Sequence record: MT768059.1
Length of the DNA: 52,782 bases
Source: Escherichia phage vB_EcoM_swi3
Strand: one strand, 5' to 3'
The notes under the pieces are model-generated. The model had not been told where the DNA came from, did no database searches, and was given only the letters and a program-made list of their open reading frames with translations. Below, one piece after another: positions 7,734 to 18,154 of this stretch. Both the position numbers and the translations under genes were made by a program. Position 1 is the first letter of the stretch. Each line of letters opens with the position of its first letter.

Positions 7734-9182
7734 ATGAATCTTGACTTTCACCTGCATGACAGACAAGGTGCCGCTCTGCAGTCTCAGGCAACTGAGATTC
7801 TATACGGTGGTGCTGCTGGTGGTGGTAAGTCTCACCTTATGCGTGTAATGTCAATTATCATGTGCTGCATGATACCTGACTTGCAGATTTACCTTTTCCG
7901 CCGAAACTATAACGACCTTACGGCTAACCATATGGTTGGTCCCACAAGTTATCCTGCCTTGCTGGACGGTATGTGCAAAGCTGGCAAGTGCAAGATTAAC
8001 TACTCGAGCAACACGATTAAATTCTGGAACGGTGCGAACATCAAGCTCTGCCACCTCCAGTACGAAAAAGATATTTATACATACCAGGGTGCGGAGATTC
8101 ACGTTCTGCTGATGGATGAGCTTACTCACTTCACAGAAACGATGTACCGCTTCTTGCGTAACCGTGTCCGACTCGGTGCTCTCAAAGTCCCTGAGAACTT
8201 TTTCCGGCCACTGCCACTCATCTTTTGTGGGTCAAACCCCGGTGGGGTTGGTCACAACTGGGTTAAGCGCACTTTTGTAACTGCTGCTCCTCCGATGAAA
8301 ATCGTTAAGCAGGAAAAACGCGAAGGCGGTATGGCGCGTCAGTACATTCCGGCTAAGATGACTGATAACCCTACGCTGATGGAAAACGACCCTGACTACG
8401 GTGACCGTCTTGAAGGTCTTGGTGACCCGGCTCTTGTTGCTGCGATGAAAGAGGGTGACTGGGATATTGTTGCTGGTGGTGCGCTTGACGACGTATGGTC
8501 AACCAAGTGTATTCTGCCGCGTATGCGTATTCCGAAAGGCTGGACTATCGAACGTTCTCTCGACTGGGGGTCTACTCACCCGTTCTCTGTTGGTATCTGG
8601 GCTATTGCAAATGGTGCCTCGCTTACAGACGACGAAGGCAATGAGTACTTTATTCCGCGTGGTTCAATTATACGTATAGCTGAATGGTATGGGTGCTCTG
8701 AAAAAGAAGCTAACAGGGGTATTAAATTATCTGCTGCCGAAGTCGCTCAAGGTATTATTCGTCTACAGGAAAATCTGCAGGCTGGTGGCTGGATTCAAAG
8801 CAACGTTAATCCTGGTCCGGCAGATAGTCAGATTTATGCGTGCAAGGAAAAAGACGTCGAGACTATCGCGAAGAAAATGGAAGACGAAGGCGTAACCTGG
8901 GTCAAGGCCGACAAGTCGCAAGGTTCGAGAATAAATGGCTTAGAGCTATTCCGTCAGCTTCTGAAAAATGTTAAGATGGACGAAACGGAAAAGCCGGGCA
9001 TTTATTTCATGGAAAACTGTCCAGCAGCCATAAACACGTTGCCGGTTCTGCCGCGTGACAAGAACAACACGGAAGATGTCGACACGAACTCTGAAGACCA
9101 CGTATACGATGATTGTCGTTACATGGTGTTGCGTGGCATCAACCGTTATACTACCAAGCTCAAAATAAATATGGGACGGTAA
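7734..9182 (+). CDS. terL: terminase large subunit
   Basis: 482 aa; Walker A-like LYGGAAGGGKSH, Walker B-like LLMDELTH, C-terminal nuclease-sized domain. Confidence 0.8.
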   Translation: MNLDFHLHDRQGAALQSQATEILYGGAAGGGKSHLMRVMSIIMCCMIPDLQIYLFRRNYNDLTANHMVGPTSYPALLDGMCKAGKCKINYSSNTIKFWNGANIKLCHLQYEKDIYTYQGAEIHVLLMDELTHFTETMYRFLRNRVRLGALKVPENFFRPLPLIFCGSNPGGVGHNWVKRTFVTAAPPMKIVKQEKREGGMARQYIPAKMTDNPTLMENDPDYGDRLEGLGDPALVAAMKEGDWDIVAGGALDDVWSTKCILPRMRIPKGWTIERSLDWGSTHPFSVGIWAIANGASLTDDEGNEYFIPRGSIIRIAEWYGCSEKEANRGIKLSAAEVAQGIIRLQENLQAGGWIQSNVNPGPADSQIYACKEKDVETIAKKMEDEGVTWVKADKSQGSRINGLELFRQLLKNVKMDETEKPGIYFMENCPAAINTLPVLPRDKNNTEDVDTNSEDHVYDDCRYMVLRGINRYTTKLKINMGR

Positions 9183-9183
9183 A

Positions 9184-10746
9184 ATGTCGATAACCCCAAG
9201 CAGCACGCCGAACGTCGGATACCAGCGTCCTGAGCTGACTAAGAACGCTGGTAAGTACCGAATGATTAAGGACTGCATCGAGGGTCAGGAAGCTGTTAAA
9301 GCACGCGGTGATTTCTACTTGCCCCGACCTGACCCTACGAACTGCACAGAAGAAAACCTGATGCGGTACAATTCGTACCTGCGTCGCGCTGTGTTCTATA
9401 ACGTACTACAGCGAACTCTTTCGGGTATGACTGGCCTGGTATTCCAGCAGCAGCCTGAGATGCTGATGCCTGACGATATGGAAGTGCTGAAAGTAAATAT
9501 CGACGGTGCAGGCATTGGCGCTATTCAGCAAATGCGTAAGTGCTTCAAGTCTGTTCTGGCTTTTGGTCGCGCAGGTCTGCTGACTGACTTCCCTAAAGCA
9601 CGTATCGGTGAGTTTGGCGAGTCCATTGGCTTTACACGTAAAGAGCTGATGGATGGAGATGTACAGCCGACAGTAACGCTGTATATGCCATGGCAGATTA
9701 TAAACTGGCGGGAAGAGTATCGCAACGGTAAAGTGATGCTCACTCAGGTTGTCATTTGCGAACAGATACCGGGGGTTACTGATGGCTTTCAGCAAGACTA
9801 CACACCCGTGTGGCGTCACCTTTACCTGGATGAAGAAGGCAATTGCAACCAGTCTTTGTGGGTCAATAAGGGCGACAAGAATGCGCAGAACGTCTCCGGT
9901 GGTGCGTTGTATGTCACGCAAGAAAATGTTGTCTTACGCGACTCCAACGGCTTACCGCTGAAGTTTATTCCGTTCCAGTTTATTGGTTCTGAAACAAACA
10001 GCGCTGAGATTGACCCTCCGCCGATGTACGACTTAGCTGTGCTTAATATTGCACACTACCGTAACTCTGCTGACTACGAAGAGTCATGCTTCGTAACAGG
10101 TCAACCCACAGTATGGGCGTCTGGACTTACTGAGGCATGGGTTGAAGATGTTCTGAAGGGTGAATTGCGACTCGGTTCGTTTGGTGGTATTCCGCTGCCG
10201 GCTAACGCCGCTGTAGGTATTATCCAGACCAACCCTAACACCCAGCCGTTTGAAGCGATGAAGCAAAAAGAAGCACAGATGATTGCAATCGGTGCTCGTC
10301 TGATTCGTGAGAATGGTAAGGTAGAACGACGCGAAGTTGAGATTAAGAATGAAGCGGCGTCTGAAGCTTCGCTTATCGTAACTGTTGCGCAGAACGTTGA
10401 AGCTGCTTATCGTAAGGCAATCGAATGGTGTGGCCTGTTCTACGGACACCCTAAAGAAGAAATTACGATTAACCTCAGCTACAACTTCATCTATAGCCAG
10501 TTGACTTATCAAGAACGTCAGCAGCTGGTTAACGAATGGATTGCCGGTGCTATCACGTTTAGTGAAATGCGTAGCAATCTTAAACAAGCTGGCATTGCTA
10601 AGCTCACCGATGAAGAAGCCAAGAAGCTAATTGACGAAGAGCTGGCTGAACGCGATGCGCGTGAGGTAGCAAAAGAAGCAGAAAAGAACGCTCAAGCAGC
10701 TAAGAACAGCGATGGGCAGGAAAATAATCCAGAAAAAACTGAATAA
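9184..10746 (+). CDS. portal protein
   Basis: 520 aa directly after terL; size and position typical. Confidence 0.6.
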   Translation: MSITPSSTPNVGYQRPELTKNAGKYRMIKDCIEGQEAVKARGDFYLPRPDPTNCTEENLMRYNSYLRRAVFYNVLQRTLSGMTGLVFQQQPEMLMPDDMEVLKVNIDGAGIGAIQQMRKCFKSVLAFGRAGLLTDFPKARIGEFGESIGFTRKELMDGDVQPTVTLYMPWQIINWREEYRNGKVMLTQVVICEQIPGVTDGFQQDYTPVWRHLYLDEEGNCNQSLWVNKGDKNAQNVSGGALYVTQENVVLRDSNGLPLKFIPFQFIGSETNSAEIDPPPMYDLAVLNIAHYRNSADYEESCFVTGQPTVWASGLTEAWVEDVLKGELRLGSFGGIPLPANAAVGIIQTNPNTQPFEAMKQKEAQMIAIGARLIRENGKVERREVEIKNEAASEASLIVTVAQNVEAAYRKAIEWCGLFYGHPKEEITINLSYNFIYSQLTYQERQQLVNEWIAGAITFSEMRSNLKQAGIAKLTDEEAKKLIDEELAERDAREVAKEAEKNAQAAKNSDGQENNPEKTE

Positions 10747-10751
10747 AGCTA

Positions 10752-10780
10752 TTTACTTTCGGTTTACCTGGCTATATAAT
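10752..10780 (+). promoter_or_regulatory. sigma70-like promoter TTTACT-N17-TATAAT(cc)
   Basis: Read directly; followed by long structured leader. Confidence 0.5.
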
Positions 10781-10923
10781 CCTTCATGTCAACCGCGCAA
10801 CAGCCGGCCACGAGAGTCTGCAGGGCTCAGTGGATTTCGGATGGCTGGCTGCGCGGTTTGACCCAAACCTGTTCGGAGCCCACTTGAGTGGATTGAGCCC
10901 CTCTCATATAGGATTGTAAAATT

Positions 10924-11637
10924 ATGGCACTTAAAACAGTTGTAACTGACCTTAACGAAGTTGATGAAGGCTTCCGTGGCCTGTATATCAAAGACGACGC
11001 GTCCGGTGCGTTTCGTTTGGATGTTGAACCAGACGAAAAAACGCTGAAAGAATTAGAAGACCTGCGCAAAGAAAAACAGCGTATGGAGCAGCACACCAAA
11101 AAACTTCTCGAAGAGAAGAAAAAAGAAGCTGAACGTGCTCGCCTCGCTGAAGAAGAACGCGCACGTCGTGAGCGTGATGTTGAATCTCTTGAGCGTTCAA
11201 TCAAAGAGAAGCATCAGGCTGAACTTGAACAGTATACCAGTCGTCAGGCACAGCTGCAAGCACAGCTGGAAGCGCAGATGGTTGATAACATCGCGTTGAA
11301 CCTGGCTAACCAACTCTCTGACACCCCGGCATTAATTATGCCACACATCAAGGCCCGACTGCGCGCTCAGGAAATTGATGGTAAGTGGCGTACTATCGTC
11401 GTGGATGTTATGGGTAACCCGACTGCTACAACGCCAGATGAGCTAGTGGAGCATATGCGCGCTGATAAGCAGTTTGCACCTCTTGTGCGTGGAACCAAGG
11501 CTGGCGGTGGCGGTGCCAACGGCGGCGGAGCTAATCCTGGTGGGAACGGCGGTGGCGAACAGCACACTTTCGGGGGCGGGGATGACCGCATAGCACGTGC
11601 TCGTGCTAAAATCCAAAACACACAATGGGGCAAATAA
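10924..11637 (+). CDS. putative scaffolding protein
   Basis: 237 aa, highly charged coiled-coil (EEKKKEAERARLAEEERARRERD), Gly-rich C-terminus; between portal and capsid. Confidence 0.5.
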   Translation: MALKTVVTDLNEVDEGFRGLYIKDDASGAFRLDVEPDEKTLKELEDLRKEKQRMEQHTKKLLEEKKKEAERARLAEEERARRERDVESLERSIKEKHQAELEQYTSRQAQLQAQLEAQMVDNIALNLANQLSDTPALIMPHIKARLRAQEIDGKWRTIVVDVMGNPTATTPDELVEHMRADKQFAPLVRGTKAGGGGANGGGANPGGNGGGEQHTFGGGDDRIARARAKIQNTQWGK

Positions 11638-11640
11638 GTT

Positions 11641-12618
11641 ATGTCACTGTATATTTTTAACGAACAAGTACGTTCTACCGCCACCGAACTGGTCGACCAG
11701 GACGTACAGAAGTTCAACGAAGCTTCTGCAGGTACCCTTATCCTGGGTAACCAGTACGTAATTGGTGATTACGTTGAGCAGGCAATGTGGCAGCTGGTTG
11801 ACGGCATCGCTACCCGCCGTAATGCTTACGCTGGCACCAACAAAGTTGATGCGCAGACTCTGGGCCAGATTCTGGACCGCTCTGTTAAAATCGACGGCCG
11901 TGTTGGTCCTCTGAACATTACCGGTACTATGATGCGTCGCATCGGTGCAGGTGACACTGAACCAGCAGCTGTTGTTGCTGCACAGGCTTCTGCTGCAATG
12001 TTCCAGGATTACCTGAATACCACTGCTGCATGTCTGGTAGCTGCTATCGGCGCAAACGCTGATGTTGTTCTGGACGTAACTTCAGGCTCCGGTGCTGCTG
12101 CAAACATCACCATGCAGAACCTGAACAAAGTCAACGCGAAGATGGGTGACCGTTCTCAGCAGATTCGTGCGTACATCATGCACTCTACTGCGTTCCACTC
12201 CCTCATCGATCAGGCTATCAACAACACGGAACACCTGTTCCAGATTGGTGACCTGAACGTGTACAAAGACTTCCTGGGTCGTCGTTATGTCGTTTCTGAC
12301 ATCCCGGCTCTGGTTGATGGCGCCGGTGCTTCCGCTAAGTACCGCACTCTGGGTCTGACCCCGTCTGCTGCAATCGTTCAGGTCGGCGGCCTGTACGACA
12401 TGGTTACCTCCGAGCAAACCGGTGGTGAAAACATCCTGCGTCAGATGCAGGGTGAATACGACTTCAACGTGTCGCTGAAAGGCTACAGCTGGGTCGGTCA
12501 CAAAGCTGGTCAGTCTCCGACTGATGAAGACCTGGCTGCTCAGGCTTCCTGGTCTAAAGTTGCGACTTCCAACAAAGACACCGCTGGTGTTATGTTGCTG
12601 GCTAAGTCTGCAATCTAA
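11641..12618 (+). CDS. major capsid protein
   Basis: 325 aa after scaffold; followed by terminator. Confidence 0.6.
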   Translation: MSLYIFNEQVRSTATELVDQDVQKFNEASAGTLILGNQYVIGDYVEQAMWQLVDGIATRRNAYAGTNKVDAQTLGQILDRSVKIDGRVGPLNITGTMMRRIGAGDTEPAAVVAAQASAAMFQDYLNTTAACLVAAIGANADVVLDVTSGSGAAANITMQNLNKVNAKMGDRSQQIRAYIMHSTAFHSLIDQAINNTEHLFQIGDLNVYKDFLGRRYVVSDIPALVDGAGASAKYRTLGLTPSAAIVQVGGLYDMVTSEQTGGENILRQMQGEYDFNVSLKGYSWVGHKAGQSPTDEDLAAQASWSKVATSNKDTAGVMLLAKSAI

Positions 12619-12640
12619 CCCACAAACGGGACTAACAAAA

Positions 12641-12666
12641 GGCGAGCTGACGAGCTCGCCTTTTTT
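12641..12666 (+). terminator. rho-independent terminator
   Basis: GGCGAGCT-gacg-AGCTCGCC stem then TTTTTT. Confidence 0.7.
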
Positions 12667-12667
12667 A

Positions 12668-12696
12668 TTTACACGTATAAAGTTCTGGTATATAAT
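12668..12696 (+). promoter_or_regulatory. sigma70-like promoter TTTACA-N17-TATAAT
   Basis: Read directly after the capsid terminator. Confidence 0.55.
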
Positions 12697-12722
12697 CGGA
12701 CTAAACTTGCTGGAGGCTTTCT

Positions 12723-13223
12723 ATGGCATACACACTTGTTGTGGAAGACGGTTCAATTGTTCCGGGTGCTAACTCGTATGTTAGCGCAGCAGAAGTTGAT
12801 GAATTTATCACTAACGAAGGTATTCTCATTCAACCAGGAACTGACCCGTACTACCAGGCTGCCAAAGCAGCTATCCGACTTGATAACCAGTTTAACTGGC
12901 TAGGTCGTAAGGTCAGCAAAACACAGAGTATGGCTTGGCCCCGTACTGGTCTCGGTGCATGCAATGTTGACATCGCGGAGTCTGTAATTCCGCGAGAAGT
13001 TAAGCTGGCACAGCTTTATATGATGGCCAGTGTATTGAGCTACGACGGTGAAGAAGGTGTGCGTAGCGACCAGGCTTTGCGCCGTAAGAAAGTTGGTAAC
13101 CTGGAGATTGAATACTTCGACTCCAAATCAGGCGTTACCGGTGCAACTGACCTTTGGACGTCAGACGTCAAGGCCATGCTCAAGCACCTTGTGGGTGCAT
13201 CCCTGAGAACGCGGAGAGTATAA
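12723..13223 (+). CDS. putative head-tail connector/head completion protein
   Basis: 166 aa; position after capsid gene. Confidence 0.4.
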   Translation: MAYTLVVEDGSIVPGANSYVSAAEVDEFITNEGILIQPGTDPYYQAAKAAIRLDNQFNWLGRKVSKTQSMAWPRTGLGACNVDIAESVIPREVKLAQLYMMASVLSYDGEEGVRSDQALRRKKVGNLEIEYFDSKSGVTGATDLWTSDVKAMLKHLVGASLRTRRV

Positions 13224-13711
13224 TGATTCGTATACGCCTTGAACGTCGCGACAAACAAAAGTTCGAGTTCACCTACCGTGCCTTTAAGTCGTTTGAGGGT
13301 CAAGGCGTATCAGTAGGTGTTCATCCAGAACACAACAGACGTGTAAATCCCAGGGACCGTATAACAAACGCCGAGCTAGCAATGGTGCATGAGTACGGTC
13401 TTAACGGTCTGCCAGAACGAAGCTTTCTTCGTAGTGCTGTTGGTGGCAGGGGTAAAGGCCGACAGGCAATAAACAAAGCTTTCCGCGATAATGTGCCTGC
13501 TGTTCTCAGAGGAAGCATGACTGCGCATGAGCTCAACGACAAAATAGGTCGTATGCTTGTTGACGCTGTTCACGACAGAATGGACAGTGACGTACCACCT
13601 CCTAACACCGAGCTGACAGAAGAACGCAAACGCGGGCCAGGTACACTTAGAGAATCTATGCAGTTGTATGATTCGATAGGGTACAAAGTTGGCAGAAACT
13701 GGAGGCTATAA
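13223..13711 (+). CDS. putative head completion/neck protein
   Basis: ATG at 13223 overlapping upstream stop (TAATG); ORF-track start 13154 rejected. Confidence 0.4.
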   Translation: MIRIRLERRDKQKFEFTYRAFKSFEGQGVSVGVHPEHNRRVNPRDRITNAELAMVHEYGLNGLPERSFLRSAVGGRGKGRQAINKAFRDNVPAVLRGSMTAHELNDKIGRMLVDAVHDRMDSDVPPPNTELTEERKRGPGTLRESMQLYDSIGYKVGRNWRL

Positions 13712-14088
13712 TGCTCAAGATAACTTCGCTAATGAAGGATAAGACCTTTGTAGCATTAACAGATGTTCTTCTCCGAAATGATTCGCGCTTACCAAACGGC
13801 GACTTCGAAGACGAATATACAGCTGCAAAGTATCTGTGTAACATTCAACCTGGTGCAGCTACTAACCAGCCTAACCTGTTGACTAAAGATGATGGTGAGC
13901 ATGAGTTCCCACGTATTGCGATATACTGTGGACAAGAGCTGAAGCTCGGAGACTTCGTTATCTACGAAGACCAGCCATACCGTGTATTCCGTATCGACCC
14001 ATGGAGTCGTCATGGCCACTACTACGTTACAGCAATTCTCCATAAAGGACCTCAGGGAGCTCGTTCAGAAGCTTTTAACATTACCTGA
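13711..14088 (+). CDS. hypothetical structural protein
   Basis: 125-aa ORF. Confidence 0.4.
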   Translation: MLKITSLMKDKTFVALTDVLLRNDSRLPNGDFEDEYTAAKYLCNIQPGAATNQPNLLTKDDGEHEFPRIAIYCGQELKLGDFVIYEDQPYRVFRIDPWSRHGHYYVTAILHKGPQGARSEAFNIT

Positions 14089-14539
14089 CGGTTCATGCAT
14101 TATTGGTGAAGAGTCTGGTACAGTTGATGGTACACCGTATGTTTATCTGCGCCCTGGCGACGCATATGACTTCGGACCTCCTAGAACCAGACAAGGCTCT
14201 GACGGCTTTGAGTACGTCAGCAAGCCAATGATGACGGCTGTACGTATTACAGCTGTCGGTAAGAATGCTGCTGAGCTAATGCGTAAGCTACACATAGCAC
14301 TGGGTAGTTCACCAGCTAAGCAGTTTAACCGTTTACGACATTATGCAATAACCAAAATATCGAAGATTGATAATGTCGGTGGTGCTATTGGTGCAGGCTA
14401 TGCACAGAAGTCAATGATGACTGTTGACATTAGCTATGTGCATAAAGTTAAAATTGAGCAACCGTACATCTACAAGGTTGACATCACTTGTATGGATGAC
14501 AACGGTAACAAAGCGACTGGTACAGTAGAGGAACCGTAA
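14012..14539 (+). CDS. hypothetical structural protein
   Basis: ATG at 14012 preceded by GGAG; overlaps upstream ORF by 77 nt in another frame. Confidence 0.35.
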   Translation: MATTTLQQFSIKDLRELVQKLLTLPDGSCIIGEESGTVDGTPYVYLRPGDAYDFGPPRTRQGSDGFEYVSKPMMTAVRITAVGKNAAELMRKLHIALGSSPAKQFNRLRHYAITKISKIDNVGGAIGAGYAQKSMMTVDISYVHKVKIEQPYIYKVDITCMDDNGNKATGTVEEP

Positions 14540-15162
14540 TGGCAACTGGAGTAGACCCGGAACTGCAAGCGCAGCTGGATAAGCTAACAACTGCTGTCCA
14601 GCTCATTCATGACTTCGGTATGTCAGACGACCCAAATATCCCTAACCCGGAAGGTGGTGTCATACGCACACTCGAAGGCATTAACGCTGCAATCAATGAA
14701 GCTATACCAAACTTTGAAAACGCTAACGAAGCTGCTATACAGGCACGTGCTGCTCGTGATGCGGCTATTGCAGCCAAAGAAGCTGCAGAAACCGCAGCTG
14801 AACAGGCCACAGTAGCTTCGACGTCAGCAATCTATGAGTACGGCAACGTTGCAAGTGCAGCTACAGTGACTATACCAGCTGCAGCTAAAACAATTGTCAG
14901 CCTTACTCTTAACCAGCCAAACACCGTAATTAATATCGGTGGTGTATCTGACCCGTCTACTGTTGCGCGTCAGATTACTATTGCTATTAAGCAAGGCACT
15001 GGTTCTAACAAGGTGACTTCTTGGGATCCAAGAATAAAATGGGCCAACAACAGGAAGCCCGTTCTGTCATTCCTTGTGGGTTACACAGATGTTGTTACGT
15101 TGCTGACCTTTGACTCAGGCGCAACTTGGATGGGTTTCTTTAACGGTGGATGGATTAAATAA
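14539..15162 (+). CDS. hypothetical structural protein
   Basis: 207-aa ORF, Ala-rich helical N-terminus. Confidence 0.4.
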   Translation: MATGVDPELQAQLDKLTTAVQLIHDFGMSDDPNIPNPEGGVIRTLEGINAAINEAIPNFENANEAAIQARAARDAAIAAKEAAETAAEQATVASTSAIYEYGNVASAATVTIPAAAKTIVSLTLNQPNTVINIGGVSDPSTVARQITIAIKQGTGSNKVTSWDPRIKWANNRKPVLSFLVGYTDVVTLLTFDSGATWMGFFNGGWIK

Positions 15163-18119
15163 TGCACACGATGTTGCTTAAAGACGGATCAGACCATCGA
15201 GCTAATGTCGAAAGCCTTATCGAAGGTCACCACCATTTTCTTGAGCGCAATACTGGCAGAACTGACGACGCTACGCGTCAGCACTATATCTTCAACCCAG
15301 AAGGAGTAGTGTCGAACAACCGCCACTTTATTGCGCACACTATGATGGAGTACCAACCTAACGGTGATGCTCCGTCTGAAAGTCAGTCGCTGCTAATACT
15401 CGGTGAAATTCACGCGTACCTTGCTACTAAGGAACAGCGGTACCTGGACAAAGCAATTGAGTACTTCAATGCTTACGTCAAGTACTATTACGAGGGGGAC
15501 CCCATCCCTGATACTCCTCGTCGCTGGATCGCTAACTGGCTTTGTAACGGCAAAGAGCCTGTGCTAGCCAGCTTTCCTATCAACCCTGATTCACCAACAC
15601 AAGGCGGATATAAAAATGTGCCAGTTAAATTTGTTAACGGCAAAGCACAAATCCCTCATGGTTCTCCTTTCTGGGGCGAGTACCTGGATGTTGCTACTTG
15701 GGCCCACAGGGGACACATGGCTTGGCCTGCTATTAATGGTGGTGTCCGTGTTATTAAAAATAAAGTTGACTGGGACGATATTTACAACAATTATCGCATC
15801 ACTACCATGCCAGCTGACCCGTGGAATCAGTTAGCCTGGATTGACTGGCCGAGGTATCTGGGTGAACCAAGCTACACTGTGGACTGGTCAGCTGCTGAAC
15901 CTCCTGTACATCTCATCGAGTATATTGTTGCATGGACCAATAACAAGATTGGTGTTCTACCTGGCAAAAACGATGAGCTATGGGGAGGCGAGATTCTTGA
16001 GACTGGACTGCCTGACTCTCGCAGAGGTGAGATTCAACTCCGTGACCACACTGTTAACGGTGTGTATCTGCTTAACTATGCCGTTAAGCTTCCTGTTGAA
16101 CACGGTGGTTATTTGCTTAAGCGAAATGAAGTATGGCACAACAGACCTGTAAACGTTCCACTGTACGGCGAGCTTCAGCGAGGTAATGCTGCGGATGCTG
16201 AGTTGTGGTTCTGTGACTGCTGCTATATGCTGTGGCGAATTACTAACGAGCAAAAGTATTACAACGCTTGGCAAGCTGTCCTGTTTACACTGGAGGAGTA
16301 TATTGACATCGATAAACAAGACCAGTTCTTCCGACAAGACACTCACGCGTCGTCTCCGTTTACTGATGGCATCTCTTATGATTGGTCTTATCCTGAACTG
16401 GCACAAGCTATATATTCACGTGATGAAAATGGTTATATAGTTCTACGTCAGAACGAAAAAGCTCAGTCATCTCTGGAGCAACAGGCTGTATGGTTTAAGT
16501 GTAAGCCAACAGCTAAGATACGTACAGAGGTTGGTGGCAAAGATGATGCTGGTCAGAACATCAGTGTCAAAGTGGAAATGTACATGAACCGTGAAAAGGT
16601 TGACGTCGAGCAAAACATCTATCGTTTTGTAACACAGCTACCTGCTCTTGGTGCTTCGCCTGCTAACTACGACATTCCGTTAAGCGATTTTGTCGCAGGT
16701 ACTAAGCCAGACGGTTCTGAGTATATCTTAGCTGATATTCGTTCGTCCACTGATTACGGCAATGCCTCTATTGCAGTGTCTTACCGTACTGACATACTTG
16801 ACAACAGACGTGGCAACACTGTTCGTATGACAATACCGGATAGTTCGTCAGGTGCCATTATAGGCTTTTGGCTACTGGAATCTTCCCAGGCACCTTTAAA
16901 CTCGCTGACGTATACTTCTACAGGTCCGTTGTGCATCAAAGTAACTGACGCGCAAGGCTGGAGTTGGGTACGTGATTTACCTGCCGCGCCAGGCTGGGTA
17001 ACTCAGCAGATTCGCACATGGGAGTTCAGGCTGGCTTCATACCAGGAAAACACAGGTACACCACCAACTAGCCCACAATTCGGCGAGATTAAGCAGTTCT
17101 CGTTTGTACTGCCTGATGGTGTTAATACGTCGACAAGTATTAGCTGGTACTGTGTGAATGATGTTCCGCCTCGCTATAACTGGCCAATCGGCTATACGAT
17201 TAAGTATCGTCTTACTTTCTCGGCTGATAACCCGTACACAGCTAAGCTAGGCGACTGTACTGTGCTGGACTATGAGAATGATAACCTTGCTTACACGCCA
17301 GGTGTTATTCCGTTCTCCAACATTTATAACCCTGATTCTAAGCAGTTCGATGGTTGGCACGGTATACCTTACCCTGGTTATCAGTATCCGTTTGTCTTTA
17401 CGCATGACGATACTGCAGCAGGTACAATCAGGCTGAACAACATGGTTAACTTTTTGTACGATTCTCAGCAATGGTACTTTAAGAAGTTTGGTCAGCTAGG
17501 TCCTGGTGCATCTGCTTTTATCTGGAACCGTTGGGATAACTTTAAATACGGTGTACCTGATACGTTTACCATGTATCACTGGGGTAATGGTAGTGCATGG
17601 TCAGGTTACCAGCCTCGTGCTTATTTCTCCGCAGCACGTGGATGGTATGAGCTAGTAAACCGTGGTAAGCCAGTTCCGAGTAAGCTTATTGCTTATGTGG
17701 ATAACTGGTCAAAATGGTTGCTTGACTTCATGGAAAGGTCAGGAGGTGTGTCACCTTCTAACTTCCCACAAGAAGGTGTTGCTCTGCCAGTCCCTACAGA
17801 CTTCACAGGTCACATGTGCGGACTATGGCTTGCTGGTGCAGCTATGTCAGCCCTTTGTGGGTCAACAGTATCAGGACTTGATAAGCTGATGGACATGCTT
17901 GTCAATGAGCTGGAAGACCACTATGACATAACTGGTATTCCGGGGCACGTAATGGATGGTGGTTGGTCGCCAGCGTTACGCCTTGAAACTGGTACAGGAC
18001 CTGAAAGCAACGCCATGTACTATGGTTTTTACTCTGGCGAAATATTACGAGGGTTGGGCTTATACCTGCTGTACAAAAACAAAGGGGCTAAAGCAGATAT
18101 TTATGATTTAGGCCCGTAA
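15162..18119 (+). CDS. large Trp/Tyr-rich virion-associated protein (possible glycanase/depolymerase)
   Basis: 985-aa uninterrupted ORF; aromatic-rich composition typical of carbohydrate-active enzymes; function inferred only. Confidence 0.5.
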   Translation: MHTMLLKDGSDHRANVESLIEGHHHFLERNTGRTDDATRQHYIFNPEGVVSNNRHFIAHTMMEYQPNGDAPSESQSLLILGEIHAYLATKEQRYLDKAIEYFNAYVKYYYEGDPIPDTPRRWIANWLCNGKEPVLASFPINPDSPTQGGYKNVPVKFVNGKAQIPHGSPFWGEYLDVATWAHRGHMAWPAINGGVRVIKNKVDWDDIYNNYRITTMPADPWNQLAWIDWPRYLGEPSYTVDWSAAEPPVHLIEYIVAWTNNKIGVLPGKNDELWGGEILETGLPDSRRGEIQLRDHTVNGVYLLNYAVKLPVEHGGYLLKRNEVWHNRPVNVPLYGELQRGNAADAELWFCDCCYMLWRITNEQKYYNAWQAVLFTLEEYIDIDKQDQFFRQDTHASSPFTDGISYDWSYPELAQAIYSRDENGYIVLRQNEKAQSSLEQQAVWFKCKPTAKIRTEVGGKDDAGQNISVKVEMYMNREKVDVEQNIYRFVTQLPALGASPANYDIPLSDFVAGTKPDGSEYILADIRSSTDYGNASIAVSYRTDILDNRRGNTVRMTIPDSSSGAIIGFWLLESSQAPLNSLTYTSTGPLCIKVTDAQGWSWVRDLPAAPGWVTQQIRTWEFRLASYQENTGTPPTSPQFGEIKQFSFVLPDGVNTSTSISWYCVNDVPPRYNWPIGYTIKYRLTFSADNPYTAKLGDCTVLDYENDNLAYTPGVIPFSNIYNPDSKQFDGWHGIPYPGYQYPFVFTHDDTAAGTIRLNNMVNFLYDSQQWYFKKFGQLGPGASAFIWNRWDNFKYGVPDTFTMYHWGNGSAWSGYQPRAYFSAARGWYELVNRGKPVPSKLIAYVDNWSKWLLDFMERSGGVSPSNFPQEGVALPVPTDFTGHMCGLWLAGAAMSALCGSTVSGLDKLMDMLVNELEDHYDITGIPGHVMDGGWSPALRLETGTGPESNAMYYGFYSGEILRGLGLYLLYKNKGAKADIYDLGP

Positions 18120-18125
18120 CCACTA

Positions 18126-18154
18126 TTTACTTAACCGAGGCGCCAGCCTATAAT
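18126..18154 (+). promoter_or_regulatory. sigma70-like promoter TTTACT-N17-TATAAT flanked by inverted repeat
   Basis: GCGCCAGC (18141..18148) and GCTGGCGC (18157..18164) flank the -10. Confidence 0.5.

Noticed and set aside
13154-13711. ORF-track start at 13154 for the head completion gene
   Set aside because: Would overlap the upstream gene by 70 nt; an in-frame ATG at 13223 with TAATG stop-start coupling is more plausible.
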